Shown piece by piece: positions 1-10,397 of a stretch of DNA of 64,000 nt (the stretch's first letter is position 1; each line of letters opens with the position of its first letter). A model generated the notes under the pieces. The model was not told the origin of the DNA. It worked only from the letters and a program-made list of their open reading frames with translations, and ran no database searches. Source of the stretch: an uncultured Pelagibacteraceae bacterium (GTDB lineage Bacteria > Pseudomonadota > Alphaproteobacteria > Pelagibacterales > Pelagibacteraceae); the NCBI GenBank assembly GCA_902516435.1, contig CABXYF010000002.1, forward strand, positions 32,828 to 96,827, written 5' to 3'. The translations under genes were made by a program, and so were the position numbers.

Positions 1-96
1 ACATTGTATGTAACCCCGACGATGTACTTAGCTCTAGCTAAGAATACAAAACGTATTGATGCAGTAGATATTGAGCTAAAAAAACAGCTGAATTAA
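1..96 (+). CDS. 3' end of a probable RND efflux transporter permease (AcrB/AcrD/AcrF family), truncated by the window edge
   Basis: Frame 1 reads TLYVTPTMYLALAKNTKRIDAVDIELKKQLN*. TLxVxPxxY resembles the last TM helix of AcrB-family proteins; only 31 aa are visible. Confidence 0.55.
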   Translation, partial: TLYVTPTMYLALAKNTKRIDAVDIELKKQLN

Positions 97-692
97 AAAA
101 TAATATATTTATTAGTAGATAAAGAATTTCTACAATTTGAGAGTTGCTTCTTATAAATGTTAGATTGTTTTTCTACTTTATTCGCTAAACCAATAACTTT
201 CTTATTTTTTTTATAGTTTTTGTAATTTCCCCAGCCTTCGTGGTAAGCAATATATTGCTTAAAAGCATCATTTTTCGAAACTTTTAAAATTTTTTCAGTT
301 TTATTTGTATACCATCCGATAAAGTCAACACTATCTTTAAATCTTGTTCTTGTTGCAAATTTATTTCCTGTTTCTAACTTATACTGTTTCCATGTACCTT
401 TAATCGCTTGAGAATAACCAAATGAACTGGAAGGTCTTTTGTATGGAACAATTTTAAAAAGTTTTTGTCTGGGAGGTTTTGCTAGCGAATCAAAATTAGA
501 CTCCATTTTTATAATTGCAAGTTGTAAGTAAATAGGCGTACCCCACCTTTGCTCTGATTTTTTAGCATGTTTGTACCAAAAATATCTTTCATCAAATATT
601 GAACAACTGTTTGAGGTATTTGATGGTATTGATGAACAGGCATTAATTAAAAGAAAAAAAAATAATAAATAATTAATTTTAAGAATTTTCAT
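93..692 (-). CDS. Lytic transglycosylase (SLT-like) lipoprotein
   Basis: Likely start at ATG 692 (MKILK...), lipobox-like LINAC, catalytic-type motif IIKMESNF, then SSSFGYSQA and AYHEGWG. Confidence 0.75.
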   Translation of the reverse strand: MKILKINYLLFFFLLINACSSIPSNTSNSCSIFDERYFWYKHAKKSEQRWGTPIYLQLAIIKMESNFDSLAKPPRQKLFKIVPYKRPSSSFGYSQAIKGTWKQYKLETGNKFATRTRFKDSVDFIGWYTNKTEKILKVSKNDAFKQYIAYHEGWGNYKNYKKNKKVIGLANKVEKQSNIYKKQLSNCRNSLSTNKYIIF

Positions 693-1068
693 ACTTTTTA
701 AGTAAATTATAAAAAACAATTATAATTATTACTCCAATTAAATTTCCAAATAAATCTGAATATTCAAAACTTCTTTCTGGAACAAAATGGTGAAATAATT
801 CAAGAACAACTGAAATTGTTATCAAATAAAGAAATATAAAGGTAATTTTGGCAGTTTTTTTAAATGTTAGTAAAGCAATTAAAGACAAAAAAGCAAAAGC
901 ATACAAATGATTCGTTGAAATTATGAAATCAGGAGTAATTTGGGGTTGTAATTTACAATCATCATACAAGAAACACCCGATTAAACTACCTGGGAAAAGA
1001 TATAATAAAATTAAAATGAAATTTGTTATGTAAAAAATAATTTTATTTTTTCCAAAAAAATTACTCAT
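679..1068 (-). CDS. VanZ-like membrane protein
   Basis: Hydrophobic protein with HLYAF, ELFHHFVPERSFEYSDLFGNLIG (VanZ E..Q...P.R.....D...N..G pattern). Start ATG 1068; the ORF track start is 1092. Confidence 0.7.
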   Translation of the reverse strand: MSNFFGKNKIIFYITNFILILLYLFPGSLIGCFLYDDCKLQPQITPDFIISTNHLYAFAFLSLIALLTFKKTAKITFIFLYLITISVVLELFHHFVPERSFEYSDLFGNLIGVIIIIVFYNLLKKYENS

Positions 1069-1113
1069 AAATATTATAGTTTTATTTATCAAATTGATCT
1101 AAAAGATAAACAA

Positions 1114-1827
1114 ATGAATTATTTAATCCTTGTGAGACACGGCCAGAGTATTTGGAATCTTGAAAAAAAATTTACTGGCTGGGTAGATGTTGACCTAAAC
1201 GAAAATGGAAAAAATGAGGCAAAGAAAGCTGCTAAATTAATAAGAGAGAAAGATATAAATATTGATCTTTATTATTCATCATTACAATTGAGAGCTAAAA
1301 ATACTTTAACAATTATTCAAGAAGAATTAATGGATTATAAAAATGTAAAGCCAGCTTGGCAACTTAACGAAAGGCACTACGGTTCTCTCACTGGCTTAAA
1401 TAAAGATGAAATGAAAAAAAAACTTGGAGAAGAAAAAGTTCATCAATTCAGACGTTCCTGGGATTTAAGACCTGAACCACTAGATAAATCAAGCCCTTAC
1501 CATCCACTAAATATTAAAATTTATAGAGAGGTTCCAATTGAAAAAATTCCTGATACCGAGTCTTTAAAAGATACTTACGAAAGAGTAATATCATATTATA
1601 AAAAAGAAATTGAAGAGAAATTGAAAAATAACAATATTTTAATTTCAGCACATGGAAATTCAATAAGAGCACTCTGTAAGTACCTTTTTAAATTAGACAA
1701 CAATAAAATTTCAAAATTAGAAATTCCTACTGGAAATCCGTTGCTAGTAGAATTTGATTTAAATAATAAGATTTTAAATTGTAATTATCTCGATACTGAG
1801 AGAGCTAAAGATCTTTTAGTTTATTAA
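1114..1827 (+). CDS. gpmA: 2,3-bisphosphoglycerate-dependent phosphoglycerate mutase
   Basis: LVRHGQSIWN, LNERHYG, AHGNSIR and EIPTG motifs. Confidence 0.95.
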   Translation: MNYLILVRHGQSIWNLEKKFTGWVDVDLNENGKNEAKKAAKLIREKDINIDLYYSSLQLRAKNTLTIIQEELMDYKNVKPAWQLNERHYGSLTGLNKDEMKKKLGEEKVHQFRRSWDLRPEPLDKSSPYHPLNIKIYREVPIEKIPDTESLKDTYERVISYYKKEIEEKLKNNNILISAHGNSIRALCKYLFKLDNNKISKLEIPTGNPLLVEFDLNNKILNCNYLDTERAKDLLVY

Positions 1828-2509
1828 AAGTTTTTAAATTTGTTAAATGGTAAAAATTTTTTTTACTTTCAAAACCGTGTAATTTATTTTGATCTATTAA
1901 TTTATTCCAAAGGTTTAATATTGAAAATTTTTTAATTTTTTGATACTTAAATATATTCCTATTCAAAATTTGGCATCCGGTATAAATAAAATCTTTACTT
2001 CCACTTTTCGATACCAAATTATTTATAAGATTAAAATCACCTTTTAAATTATCATCAAAACTTAACTTTTTGTTTACTAATAACATTATATTTTTAAGTT
2101 TATTTGAGAAATATATTTTCTCCATTTCAAAAATTTCGTTCTGGTAATCATTTGACCAAACTGTGTCTGGATTAAAAATAATAAAATCATTATCATTTGA
2201 ATAATTGATCATATTTAAAATCCCACCTCCAGTATCTAAGATATTCTTACCATCCTCAACTATATGAATATCAATTTCGAGATTTTTAATTTTTAAATAA
2301 TTTAGAAAATGTTCCTTTAGATAGAAAGTGTTTATAAAAATTTTCTTAATTCCTAATTTTTTAATTAAATTTATATTTTTCTCAAGGATAGTAACGTTTT
2401 TTAACTCAAGAAGTGGTTTAGGTGTTGTTAAAGTTAATGGATTTAAACGCTTACCAAGCCCAGCACATAAAATCAACGCAGTTTTTATTTTTGCAGTTTT
2501 AACTGACAT
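1805..2509 (-). CDS. murU: Nucleotidyltransferase, probable MurNAc-1-phosphate uridylyltransferase
   Basis: LCAGLGKRLNPLTLTTPKPL and LDTGGG motifs; directly downstream of tsaE-amgK as in other proteobacteria. Confidence 0.75.
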   Translation of the reverse strand: MSVKTAKIKTALILCAGLGKRLNPLTLTTPKPLLELKNVTILEKNINLIKKLGIKKIFINTFYLKEHFLNYLKIKNLEIDIHIVEDGKNILDTGGGILNMINYSNDNDFIIFNPDTVWSNDYQNEIFEMEKIYFSNKLKNIMLLVNKKLSFDDNLKGDFNLINNLVSKSGSKDFIYTGCQILNRNIFKYQKIKKFSILNLWNKLIDQNKLHGFESKKNFYHLTNLKTFNKLKDL

Positions 2510-3443
2510 ATTTAGAAAAATTTTGTTTCAGCATCAGTTTTAAATTTTTAAATTCTCTATTTTCTCTCATTCTATGATTAATCATTTCCCAGGCATATGG
2601 TATAAGCTTTATATATTTTTTTTTATTATCCCTTAATGCTAAGCGCATAAAAATACCTATAATTTTTAAATTTCTAAGAATGGATAAAATTTCAAAATCA
2701 TTTATAAATTTTTTAAGATTTTTTTTTTCATAATTTTTAAGATAATACTTTAAAATTTTATTTTTAAATTTACTCGTTGTTTTAAATCTGACATCATCAA
2801 TTAGTGATGCTAAATCATATGCTTTATTTCCGATCAAAGCATCTTGAGTGTCAATGATTGCAATATTATTTTTAAAAAACATTAGATTTGAAACATGAAA
2901 GTCTCTATGAACAAAAGTATCATTTTTTAAATTTAAATTTAATAATATTTTTTTTACCTCTTTTTGATAATTTTTTTTAAAATTTTTATTTTTAAATCTA
3001 TTAAGTTTTGTTGGTGTGTACCACTCACAAAAAAGATTCGCTTCATTAAGCAAAGTTTTATTATTATATTCTGTAATTTTGAATTGTTGATTTTTAAAGT
3101 TCTTTATTTTTTTGTCTTTTATTGATTGTAATTTTATCAATAATTTTATTATTTTTTTGAAAATTTTTTCTTTATTTACATTTTTATTTTTAAATAGTTT
3201 GTACAAAGTATCATCACCGAAATCTTCTACTTCAATATAATTCTTCTTGAAGTTTTGACTCAAAAGCTTAGGTGCTAAGATCTTATTTCTATTTAATATT
3301 TTATTTACAGCATCATAGTTAAGAAGATTTTTAACTTTCTCTTTTTTAGCAAAAACTATAATCGAATTATTGGTTTTATTTCTATAAAATTTTCTAAAAG
3401 ATGCATCTCCCTTAATTTCTTTGAATGCTCTAAAATTTAACAT
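2499..3443 (-). CDS. amgK: Aminoglycoside-phosphotransferase-family kinase, probable anomeric MurNAc/GlcNAc kinase
   Basis: GDASFRKFYR, HRDFHVSNLM, IDTQDA, YDLASL and RNLKIIGIF motifs; context tsaE-amgK-murU. Confidence 0.8.
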   Translation of the reverse strand: MLNFRAFKEIKGDASFRKFYRNKTNNSIIVFAKKEKVKNLLNYDAVNKILNRNKILAPKLLSQNFKKNYIEVEDFGDDTLYKLFKNKNVNKEKIFKKIIKLLIKLQSIKDKKIKNFKNQQFKITEYNNKTLLNEANLFCEWYTPTKLNRFKNKNFKKNYQKEVKKILLNLNLKNDTFVHRDFHVSNLMFFKNNIAIIDTQDALIGNKAYDLASLIDDVRFKTTSKFKNKILKYYLKNYEKKNLKKFINDFEILSILRNLKIIGIFMRLALRDNKKKYIKLIPYAWEMINHRMRENREFKNLKLMLKQNFSKYVS

Positions 3444-3453
3444 TTTAGTAAGT

Positions 3454-3909
3454 TTAATTTAGTACTTTTATCTGAACAGATCTATTTTTAAATTCATTTT
3501 CATACGAAAATAATAAATCTATAGATTTTGTATTGTTTTTATTAACGATAATTTGAGGCCATTCAACTAAAGTTATTGTATTTTTATTTTTTTCAAAAAT
3601 ATCTAGGTCATTAATCTCTGAGTTATTTTTTATTCTAAACAAATCATAATGCTTAATAACTAAATTATTAGTTTTGTACTCATTAAGTAAATTAAATGTT
3701 GGACTGGTAACTTCACTTATTGATAATTTATCGTTAATCTGAATTTTATTAATGAAATATCTTACAAAAGTTGTCTTTCCTACTCCCATATCTCCATATA
3801 GAAATATGTGTTCGCCTCCACCAAAATAAGAGGTTAGTTTTTCTGCAAATTCTTTTGTTGATTTTTCTGAAGTGATATCAATTTTGCTATTTTTAATAGC
3901 GGTAAGCAT
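3454..3909 (-). CDS. tsaE: tRNA threonylcarbamoyladenosine biosynthesis ATPase
   Basis: GDMGVGKTT Walker A, VTSPTF, HYDLFR and VEWP motifs. Start uncertain (ATG 3909 used; ORF track gives 3936). Confidence 0.92.
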   Translation of the reverse strand: MLTAIKNSKIDITSEKSTKEFAEKLTSYFGGGEHIFLYGDMGVGKTTFVRYFINKIQINDKLSISEVTSPTFNLLNEYKTNNLVIKHYDLFRIKNNSEINDLDIFEKNKNTITLVEWPQIIVNKNNTKSIDLLFSYENEFKNRSVQIKVLN

Positions 3910-5179
3910 CTGGTTTAAAAGGACCTTCTGTTCCAACGCTTATGTAGTCGGCTTGATCTTTAGACAATTTAGTAAGTTTAGCTCCAACTTTGTGAAGATG
4001 TAATGTAGCAACTTTTTCATCCAGATGTTTTGGTAATACATAGACTTTATTTTCATAATTTTTATGATTATGCCAAAGTTCTATTTGTGCAATCACCTGG
4101 TTTGTAAATGAGGCACTCATAACAAAACTTGGATGACCAGTTCCACATCCTAAGTTAACTAATCTACCTTCAGCTAATAATATAATTCTTTTGCCGTCAG
4201 GCTTCTCTATTTCATGGACTTGAGGTTTTATTTCATCCCATTTATAATTTTTTAATGCTTCAACTTGAATTTCATTATCAAAGTGTCCAATATTGCATAG
4301 AATAGCTCTGTCTTTCATGTCTCTCATGTGATCTGCTGTTACAACATCTTTATTTCCAGTAGCTGTTACAACAATGTCTGCTTGACTGATCATATCATCC
4401 ATTAAAACCACTTCATAACCTTCCATGGCTGCTTGAAGAGCACAAATAGGATCTGTTTCTGTTACTAGAACTCTTGCTCCACTTTGTCTTAATGATGCAG
4501 CACTACCTTTTCCAACATCACCAAAACCTGCAACTATTGCAACTTTACCTGACATCATAACATCTGTAGCTCTTTTTATGCCATCTACAAGACTTTCTCT
4601 ACAGCCATATAGATTATCAAATTTTGATTTTGTCACTGAATCATTTACATTTATTGCTGGAACTAATAAAGCTCCTTGCTCTTCCATTTTTTTAAGGGCT
4701 AGAACTCCAGTTGTTGTTTCTTCACTTAAGCCTTTAATATTTTTTAATAAATCTTTATAATCTTTATGCATTAGTGCTGTAAGATCCCCACCATCATCTA
4801 AGATCATATTAGGTATCCAATCTTTTTTACCCTCAATTGTTTGCTTCACACACCACCAATATTCCTCTTCTGTCTCACCTTTCCAAGCAAACACAGGTAT
4901 ACCTGCTTTTGCAATTGCTGCAGCCGCATGATCTTGTGTTGAAAATATATTGCATGAAGACCATCTACACTCTGCGCCTAAATCAACTAGAGTTTCAATC
5001 AATACTGCTGTTTGGATTGTCATATGAAGACATCCTAAAATTCTTGCACCTTTAAGCGGATTTTTTCCTTTATATTCTTCTCTTAAAGCCATTAAACCCG
5101 GCATTTCACTTTCTGCTATTGAGATTTCTTTTCTACCGAATTCTGCTTCTGATATATCTTTTACTTTATAATCTTCCAT
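3893..5179 (-). CDS. ahcY: Adenosylhomocysteinase (SAH hydrolase)
   Basis: [38 protein letters not shown] and GHPSFVMS motifs. Confidence 0.98.
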   Translation of the reverse strand: MEDYKVKDISEAEFGRKEISIAESEMPGLMALREEYKGKNPLKGARILGCLHMTIQTAVLIETLVDLGAECRWSSCNIFSTQDHAAAAIAKAGIPVFAWKGETEEEYWWCVKQTIEGKKDWIPNMILDDGGDLTALMHKDYKDLLKNIKGLSEETTTGVLALKKMEEQGALLVPAINVNDSVTKSKFDNLYGCRESLVDGIKRATDVMMSGKVAIVAGFGDVGKGSAASLRQSGARVLVTETDPICALQAAMEGYEVVLMDDMISQADIVVTATGNKDVVTADHMRDMKDRAILCNIGHFDNEIQVEALKNYKWDEIKPQVHEIEKPDGKRIILLAEGRLVNLGCGTGHPSFVMSASFTNQVIAQIELWHNHKNYENKVYVLPKHLDEKVATLHLHKVGAKLTKLSKDQADYISVGTEGPFKPDAYRY

Positions 5180-5186
5180 GGCTAAC

Positions 5187-5214
5187 CTTATAACCTTAAC
5201 TATTTATTAATCAA
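5187..5214 (-). promoter_or_regulatory. Putative sigma70 promoter of ahcY (leaderless)
   Basis: TTGATT-N16-TATAAG, then 7 nt to the ATG. Confidence 0.45.
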
Positions 5215-5221
5215 CATTAGA

Positions 5222-6763
5222 TTACAAGATTGGAAAACTTATTTCTATCATAGCACCTCTATTACTAGCTCTATTAGATGCTACAATTTCACCATCATGT
5301 AAATCTACCAGATTTTTTACAATATTTAGTCCCAATCCTGAGTGTTCTCCAAATTTATCAGGTCGATTACTATAAAATCTATTGAATATTCGAGATGTAT
5401 CCTTTTCCTTAAATCCTTTCCCTTCATCCAGTATTTTAATAGAAACTTTTTTTTCTGATGTACTAGAGACTTTTACAATAATACTATCACCCTTTTTGCT
5501 AAAAGATATTGAGTTATCTAATAAATTTGCAATAATTTGCTCTATTCTGTTCTCTATACCATTGATGAAATATTCTTTTTGTCCATCATTTTCATATTTT
5601 ACATCGATGTCTTTTTTAACCGTATGGATATTATTGTAATCATCAACTACCGATTGGATAATTGGCTCTATATTTATTTTATTCATTTTTTCTTTACTCA
5701 AGGCAACTTCATCTTTTAACATCTGAGAATAATCTGTAATCAATCTTTCAATACGTTGAACATCATGACTAAGTATATTAAGCAGTTTAAGTCTTTGATC
5801 TTTATCATTTGTATCTTGTAAAATTTCTGATGCACTTTTTAAAGACGCTAAAGGATTTCTAATTTCATGAACAAGATCAGTAGAAAAATTTTCTGCATGA
5901 GTAACTCTTTTTTGTAACTCATTTGTCATATCTTCAAGAGAGTTGGTAAGTAGACCTAATTCATCATTTCTATTTTTTAAATTTTCAATATTTGATTTAC
6001 TTTGATTTTTTTCTTTAATTAATTTCGTATAATTAACTAAATTTTGAATTGGTTTAATGAAATATCTACTAAGAACAAAAGAAAAAATTAGAATTACAAA
6101 TCCAACTGATATAGCTGTTCTAAAAACAAAAGCTTTCCTCTCATCTGTTGCGGTCTTGATATCATTAGCATTCTCAGTTATTGCCAGAAAACCAATGTTT
6201 GACCCATCTCTTTCTACACCTTTTATTGTTGTTAATTTAAACTGATTAAAATTCTCTTGAATAAAAGTATATGGATTGTTAGATTTGTTTTTATTTGAAT
6301 AGTCAGTCAAAATTTCTTTTAATGATACTGGCTTTTCTTGATCGATATTAATATTTTTTTCTTCTACATTTTGATCACTCTTTTCTTCACTTAAAGTTTC
6401 AAACTCAACTTCATCTAATCTAGTTGAGAATGATCTTGGATCTAGATCAAGTGTGTCTGTATCGCCAATAAGTTTTAAATTACTATCAAAAAAAATTACT
6501 CTATCTAAATTTTGAAATATAAATCTCGTAGAAAATAAAAATTTTCTAATATCATTCTCATCAAATTTAATATTTAAACGAGTGAGATTGTCGATAGTAT
6601 TATTTATAATCTTAATATGGTTTTCAGATTTTTTTTTAATTAAGTTTGGCTGAATGCTGTTTAAGTAAACAATGGTAAATAATCCAATAATAGTTAAAAT
6701 AATAAAGTTAATAAATAAGAATTTTTTTAATATTGAAAGAGTTTTTAAGTATTTACTAAACAT
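5222..6763 (-). CDS. chvG: Two-component sensor histidine kinase ChvG/ExoS
   Basis: Two TM segments, HAMP domain, HEIRNPL, NLLDNSISFS, DEGKG, RFYSNRP and HSGLGL; coupled to chvI. Confidence 0.88.
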   Translation of the reverse strand: MFSKYLKTLSILKKFLFINFIILTIIGLFTIVYLNSIQPNLIKKKSENHIKIINNTIDNLTRLNIKFDENDIRKFLFSTRFIFQNLDRVIFFDSNLKLIGDTDTLDLDPRSFSTRLDEVEFETLSEEKSDQNVEEKNINIDQEKPVSLKEILTDYSNKNKSNNPYTFIQENFNQFKLTTIKGVERDGSNIGFLAITENANDIKTATDERKAFVFRTAISVGFVILIFSFVLSRYFIKPIQNLVNYTKLIKEKNQSKSNIENLKNRNDELGLLTNSLEDMTNELQKRVTHAENFSTDLVHEIRNPLASLKSASEILQDTNDKDQRLKLLNILSHDVQRIERLITDYSQMLKDEVALSKEKMNKINIEPIIQSVVDDYNNIHTVKKDIDVKYENDGQKEYFINGIENRIEQIIANLLDNSISFSKKGDSIIVKVSSTSEKKVSIKILDEGKGFKEKDTSRIFNRFYSNRPDKFGEHSGLGLNIVKNLVDLHDGEIVASNRASNRGAMIEISFPIL

Positions 6764-7470
6764 TAGCTAACATTCCATCTATATCCACTACCATATCTAG
6801 TTTCAATAGCTGAAAAATCAGGGTCTACTTTTTTAAATTTTTTTCTAATTCGTTTAACGTGGCTGTCTATTGTTCTGTCCTCAATATCTGTATCTTCCCT
6901 ATAAGCAATATCCATTAATTGTCCTCTTTCTTTGATATTACCTGGTCTTTTTGCTAACTCTTTAACAATTAAAAATTCTGTTGTAGTTAATTTGTCAGGT
7001 AATGGTTTACCATTCCATTCACATTCAAGTTGGGATGGATCTAGTTTTAACTTTCCATGAGAAATTAAACTTTTATTTTCCTCTAAAATATTACTAGAAT
7101 CCTTTTTTCTTAATTGTACTCTAATTCTTTCAATAAGAACTTTTATAGAAAAGCCTCCAGATTTTTTCACAAAGTCATCTGCACCTAATTTCAGACCTAG
7201 CAATTCATCAATTTCATCATCTTTAGATGTTAAAAAAATTACTGGCAATGAAGTTTTTTTTCTTAATTTTTTTAATAATTCTTCCCCATCCATCTTTGGC
7301 ATCTTGATATCAATAACTGCAAGGTCAGGTGGTGTTCTTGTTAATCCTATTAGAGCACTCTCCCCGTCTATATAGGTCTGAACTTTAAAGCCGTCTTTTT
7401 CTAAAGCTATACTTAAACTTGTTAGAATATTTCTATCATCGTCTATTAATGCTATAGTTTGTTTTTGCAT
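6763..7470 (-). CDS. chvI: OmpR-family response regulator ChvI
   Basis: IALIDDDRNILTS, DIKMPKMDG, FLTSKDDEIDE and RTIDSHVKRIRKKF are ChvI signatures. Confidence 0.93.
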   Translation of the reverse strand: MQKQTIALIDDDRNILTSLSIALEKDGFKVQTYIDGESALIGLTRTPPDLAVIDIKMPKMDGEELLKKLRKKTSLPVIFLTSKDDEIDELLGLKLGADDFVKKSGGFSIKVLIERIRVQLRKKDSSNILEENKSLISHGKLKLDPSQLECEWNGKPLPDKLTTTEFLIVKELAKRPGNIKERGQLMDIAYREDTDIEDRTIDSHVKRIRKKFKKVDPDFSAIETRYGSGYRWNVS

Positions 7471-7482
7471 ATAATTATTTTA

Positions 7483-7511
7483 AAAATACTAAATTGTTCT
7501 AAATTGGGCAA
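7483..7511 (-). promoter_or_regulatory. Putative chvI promoter with a CAATTTAG direct repeat
   Basis: TTGCCC-N17-TATTTT; the spacer holds CAATTTAG twice with a 10-bp period. Confidence 0.5.
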
Positions 7512-7521
7512 TGGTATTAAA

Positions 7522-10296
7522 TTAATGAAGCATTCCCCAATTATCACCCACATTAATATCAACTGTTAAAGGGGTAGAAAATGAGTGAAAATCACTTTGC
7601 GCTACACTTGTCATTTCATTTTTTATTATTTTAGTCATCAGCTTCTCATCTTTCTTAGGAACTTCAAAGATTAATTCATCATGAATTTGGAGAAGCATTT
7701 TAGGTTTTTTAATTTTATCATCAGATAATTTCTTATCTATTCGTATCATTGCTAATCTCATTATCTCTGAAGCTGATCCCTGTATTGGAGCATTAATTGC
7801 AGCACGTTCTTGAAAATTTCTTACATTAAAATTTTTATCATTTATTCCATTAAAATGTGATCTTCTTCCAAAAATATTATTTACATAACCACTTTTTCTA
7901 CAAAATTTAATAGTACTATCCATATAAACTTTAATTTCTGGAAATTTTCCAAAGTAGGCATTCAAAAATTCTTCAGCCTCATAGTTTGATACATTAATTT
8001 GCTTTGCTAAACCATATTGAGAAATTCCATAAATTATTCCAAAATTGATAGCCTTGGCTTTTCTTCTATGGTCTTGATTTACTTTTTTGATATCAATATT
8101 AAATATTTGGCTGGCTGTTAATGAATGAATATCTTCATCATTTTTAAATGCCTTTTTTAACTCTTTCACATCAGCTAAATCAGCAAGAATTCTCATTTCA
8201 ATTTGATTATAATCTGCAGAAATTAATAAATGATCTTTTTTAGCCTTAAATGCTTTTCTTATATCCTTGCCATCATCAGATTTAATTGGAATATTTTGAA
8301 GATTAGGATCACTTGAAGCTAGTCTTCCAGTCGTTGTCGCAGCTAATAAGAAAGATGTATGTACTCTTTTTGTTGTTGGATTTACATGCTCAGGTAACGC
8401 ATCAGAGTAAGTATTTTTTAATTTCGATAACTGTCTCCAATCTAAAATTAATTTAGGAAACTTATTACCTTTGAAGGCTAAATCCTCTAATACAGAAGCA
8501 CTGGTTGCAAATCCTCCTTTTTTTGTTTTCTTTAATCCTGCAATTTTAAGATCATTATATATAATTTCACCCAGTTGTTTAGGTGAGCCTATGTTGAACT
8601 CTTTTTTTGAAATTTTATAAATTTCTTTTTCTAGTGTTAGGATTTTTTTATTAAATTTTTGAGACAGAGACTTTAAAAACTTACTATCAATCTCTACGCC
8701 TTCTATCTCCATAAATGCAAGAATTTTAATTAACGGCTTTTCAAAAATTTCATAAATATTAATTAGTTTTTCAGATTTTAGATTTTTTAGAAATTTCTTG
8801 TAAAGTCTGAAAGTTACATCGGCATCTTCAGCTGCATAGTCTTTGGCTTTATCAACTTCTACATCACTAAAATTGATTTCTTTTTTTCCAGTTCCTACTA
8901 TTTCTTTGAAGGAGATAGTTTTGTATCCTAGATGCAACTCTGACAATGTATCCATATTATGTCTATTTTTTCCTGCATCCAAAACATAAGACATCAACAT
9001 TGTGTCTTCCATGGCAGACAATGTTATGCCATTTTTAAATAAAACAATAAAATCAAATTTTATATTTTGACCAATTTTTTTAACACTTGGATCCTCTAAT
9101 ATTTTTTTTAATTTTTTTATAACAACCTCTTTTTTTATACATTTTGATGATTTATGACCAATTGGAATATAGCAGGCCTTTCCAATTTTTGTGGATAGTG
9201 AAATACCTACGAGATCTGCTTGATGAGGGTCTAAAGAATTTGTTTCAGTATCAACAGCAACCTCCCCTAATTCTTCAGCCTCCTCAACCCACTCATCTAT
9301 TTGATCTGGATTGGAGATTAAGTGATAATTTTTATTATTAATTGGACTTTGTTTTTCTATGTTTTTGATTTCAGGAACAGAGCTTGTTAAATCAGGCTGT
9401 CCATATGCAGATATAGCAGAACTTAATAGTCTATTAAATTCCATCTCTCTTAAAAATTTGTATAATTTATTTTTATCTATATTTTTTAACTCAAACTCAT
9501 TCAGCTCTCTATTAATTGGTGATTTATGATCTAAGGTTACAAGTTTTTTACTAATTAATGCTTTGTCTTTATTTTCTAAAAGAGTCTCTCTTCTTTTATT
9601 TTGTTTAATTTCGTGAGCTGATTTTAATAATTTTTCTAAGGTGCCGTATTTCTTAATAAGCTCAGCAGCAGTTTTTACTCCTATTCCAGGGACACCTGGT
9701 ACATTATCGCTACTATCTCCTGCTAAAGACTGAACATCTATTACTTTTGAAGCATCAACCCCAAATTTTTTAATAACATCTTCTTCAGTTATAAATTTAT
9801 TTTTCATTGGATCAAAAATACGAACATTTTTTTGATATAATTGCATTAAATCTTTATCTGATGAAACAATAGTAACCTTTGCTCCTTTTTTAATTATTTG
9901 ATCAACATAAGTTGCAATCAAATCATCTGCTTCATAATTGGGTAAATCTACAGAAGGTAAGTTAAATGCTAAAACAGACTTCCTTATATACTCAAATTGA
10001 GGCGCCAAATCATCAGGTGCTTCGGATCTATTTGCTTTATATTCACTATAAATTTCGTTTCTGAATGTTTTCCTAGCTGAATCGAAGATAACTGCAAAAT
10101 GAGTTGGTTTCTGCATATTTTGATTTGATTTTGAGTCCTCTAAAAGTTTAAAAAGCATGCTGCAAAACCCACTTACAGCCCCTGTCGGTAGTCCATCGCT
10201 TTTTCTACTTAATGGTGGTAATGCGTAATAGGCTCTAAAGATATATCCCGAACCATCAATTAGATAAAAATGATCAGTTTTTTGAATTTCGCTCAT
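7522..10296 (-). CDS. polA: DNA polymerase I
   Basis: 5'-3' exonuclease (LIDGSGYIFRAY), 3'-5' exonuclease (DTET, YAAED) and polymerase motifs (DYNQIEMR, KAINFGIIYG, QIHDEL). Confidence 0.98.
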   Translation of the reverse strand: MSEIQKTDHFYLIDGSGYIFRAYYALPPLSRKSDGLPTGAVSGFCSMLFKLLEDSKSNQNMQKPTHFAVIFDSARKTFRNEIYSEYKANRSEAPDDLAPQFEYIRKSVLAFNLPSVDLPNYEADDLIATYVDQIIKKGAKVTIVSSDKDLMQLYQKNVRIFDPMKNKFITEEDVIKKFGVDASKVIDVQSLAGDSSDNVPGVPGIGVKTAAELIKKYGTLEKLLKSAHEIKQNKRRETLLENKDKALISKKLVTLDHKSPINRELNEFELKNIDKNKLYKFLREMEFNRLLSSAISAYGQPDLTSSVPEIKNIEKQSPINNKNYHLISNPDQIDEWVEEAEELGEVAVDTETNSLDPHQADLVGISLSTKIGKACYIPIGHKSSKCIKKEVVIKKLKKILEDPSVKKIGQNIKFDFIVLFKNGITLSAMEDTMLMSYVLDAGKNRHNMDTLSELHLGYKTISFKEIVGTGKKEINFSDVEVDKAKDYAAEDADVTFRLYKKFLKNLKSEKLINIYEIFEKPLIKILAFMEIEGVEIDSKFLKSLSQKFNKKILTLEKEIYKISKKEFNIGSPKQLGEIIYNDLKIAGLKKTKKGGFATSASVLEDLAFKGNKFPKLILDWRQLSKLKNTYSDALPEHVNPTTKRVHTSFLLAATTTGRLASSDPNLQNIPIKSDDGKDIRKAFKAKKDHLLISADYNQIEMRILADLADVKELKKAFKNDEDIHSLTASQIFNIDIKKVNQDHRRKAKAINFGIIYGISQYGLAKQINVSNYEAEEFLNAYFGKFPEIKVYMDSTIKFCRKSGYVNNIFGRRSHFNGINDKNFNVRNFQERAAINAPIQGSASEIMRLAMIRIDKKLSDDKIKKPKMLLQIHDELIFEVPKKDEKLMTKIIKNEMTSVAQSDFHSFSTPLTVDINVGDNWGMLH

Positions 10297-10397
10297 TAAA
10301 TTTTATTAAATATTATACTCTTATAATATAGTCTAAACTTTAATTTAAGCTACTAATCACTAGATTATATCAACAATTAAGAGTATTATTTTCTTTT

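Noticed and set aside
5180-5221. Possible SAH riboswitch upstream of ahcY
   Set aside because: Only 42 AT-rich nt with no aptamer-like stems; better explained as a promoter.
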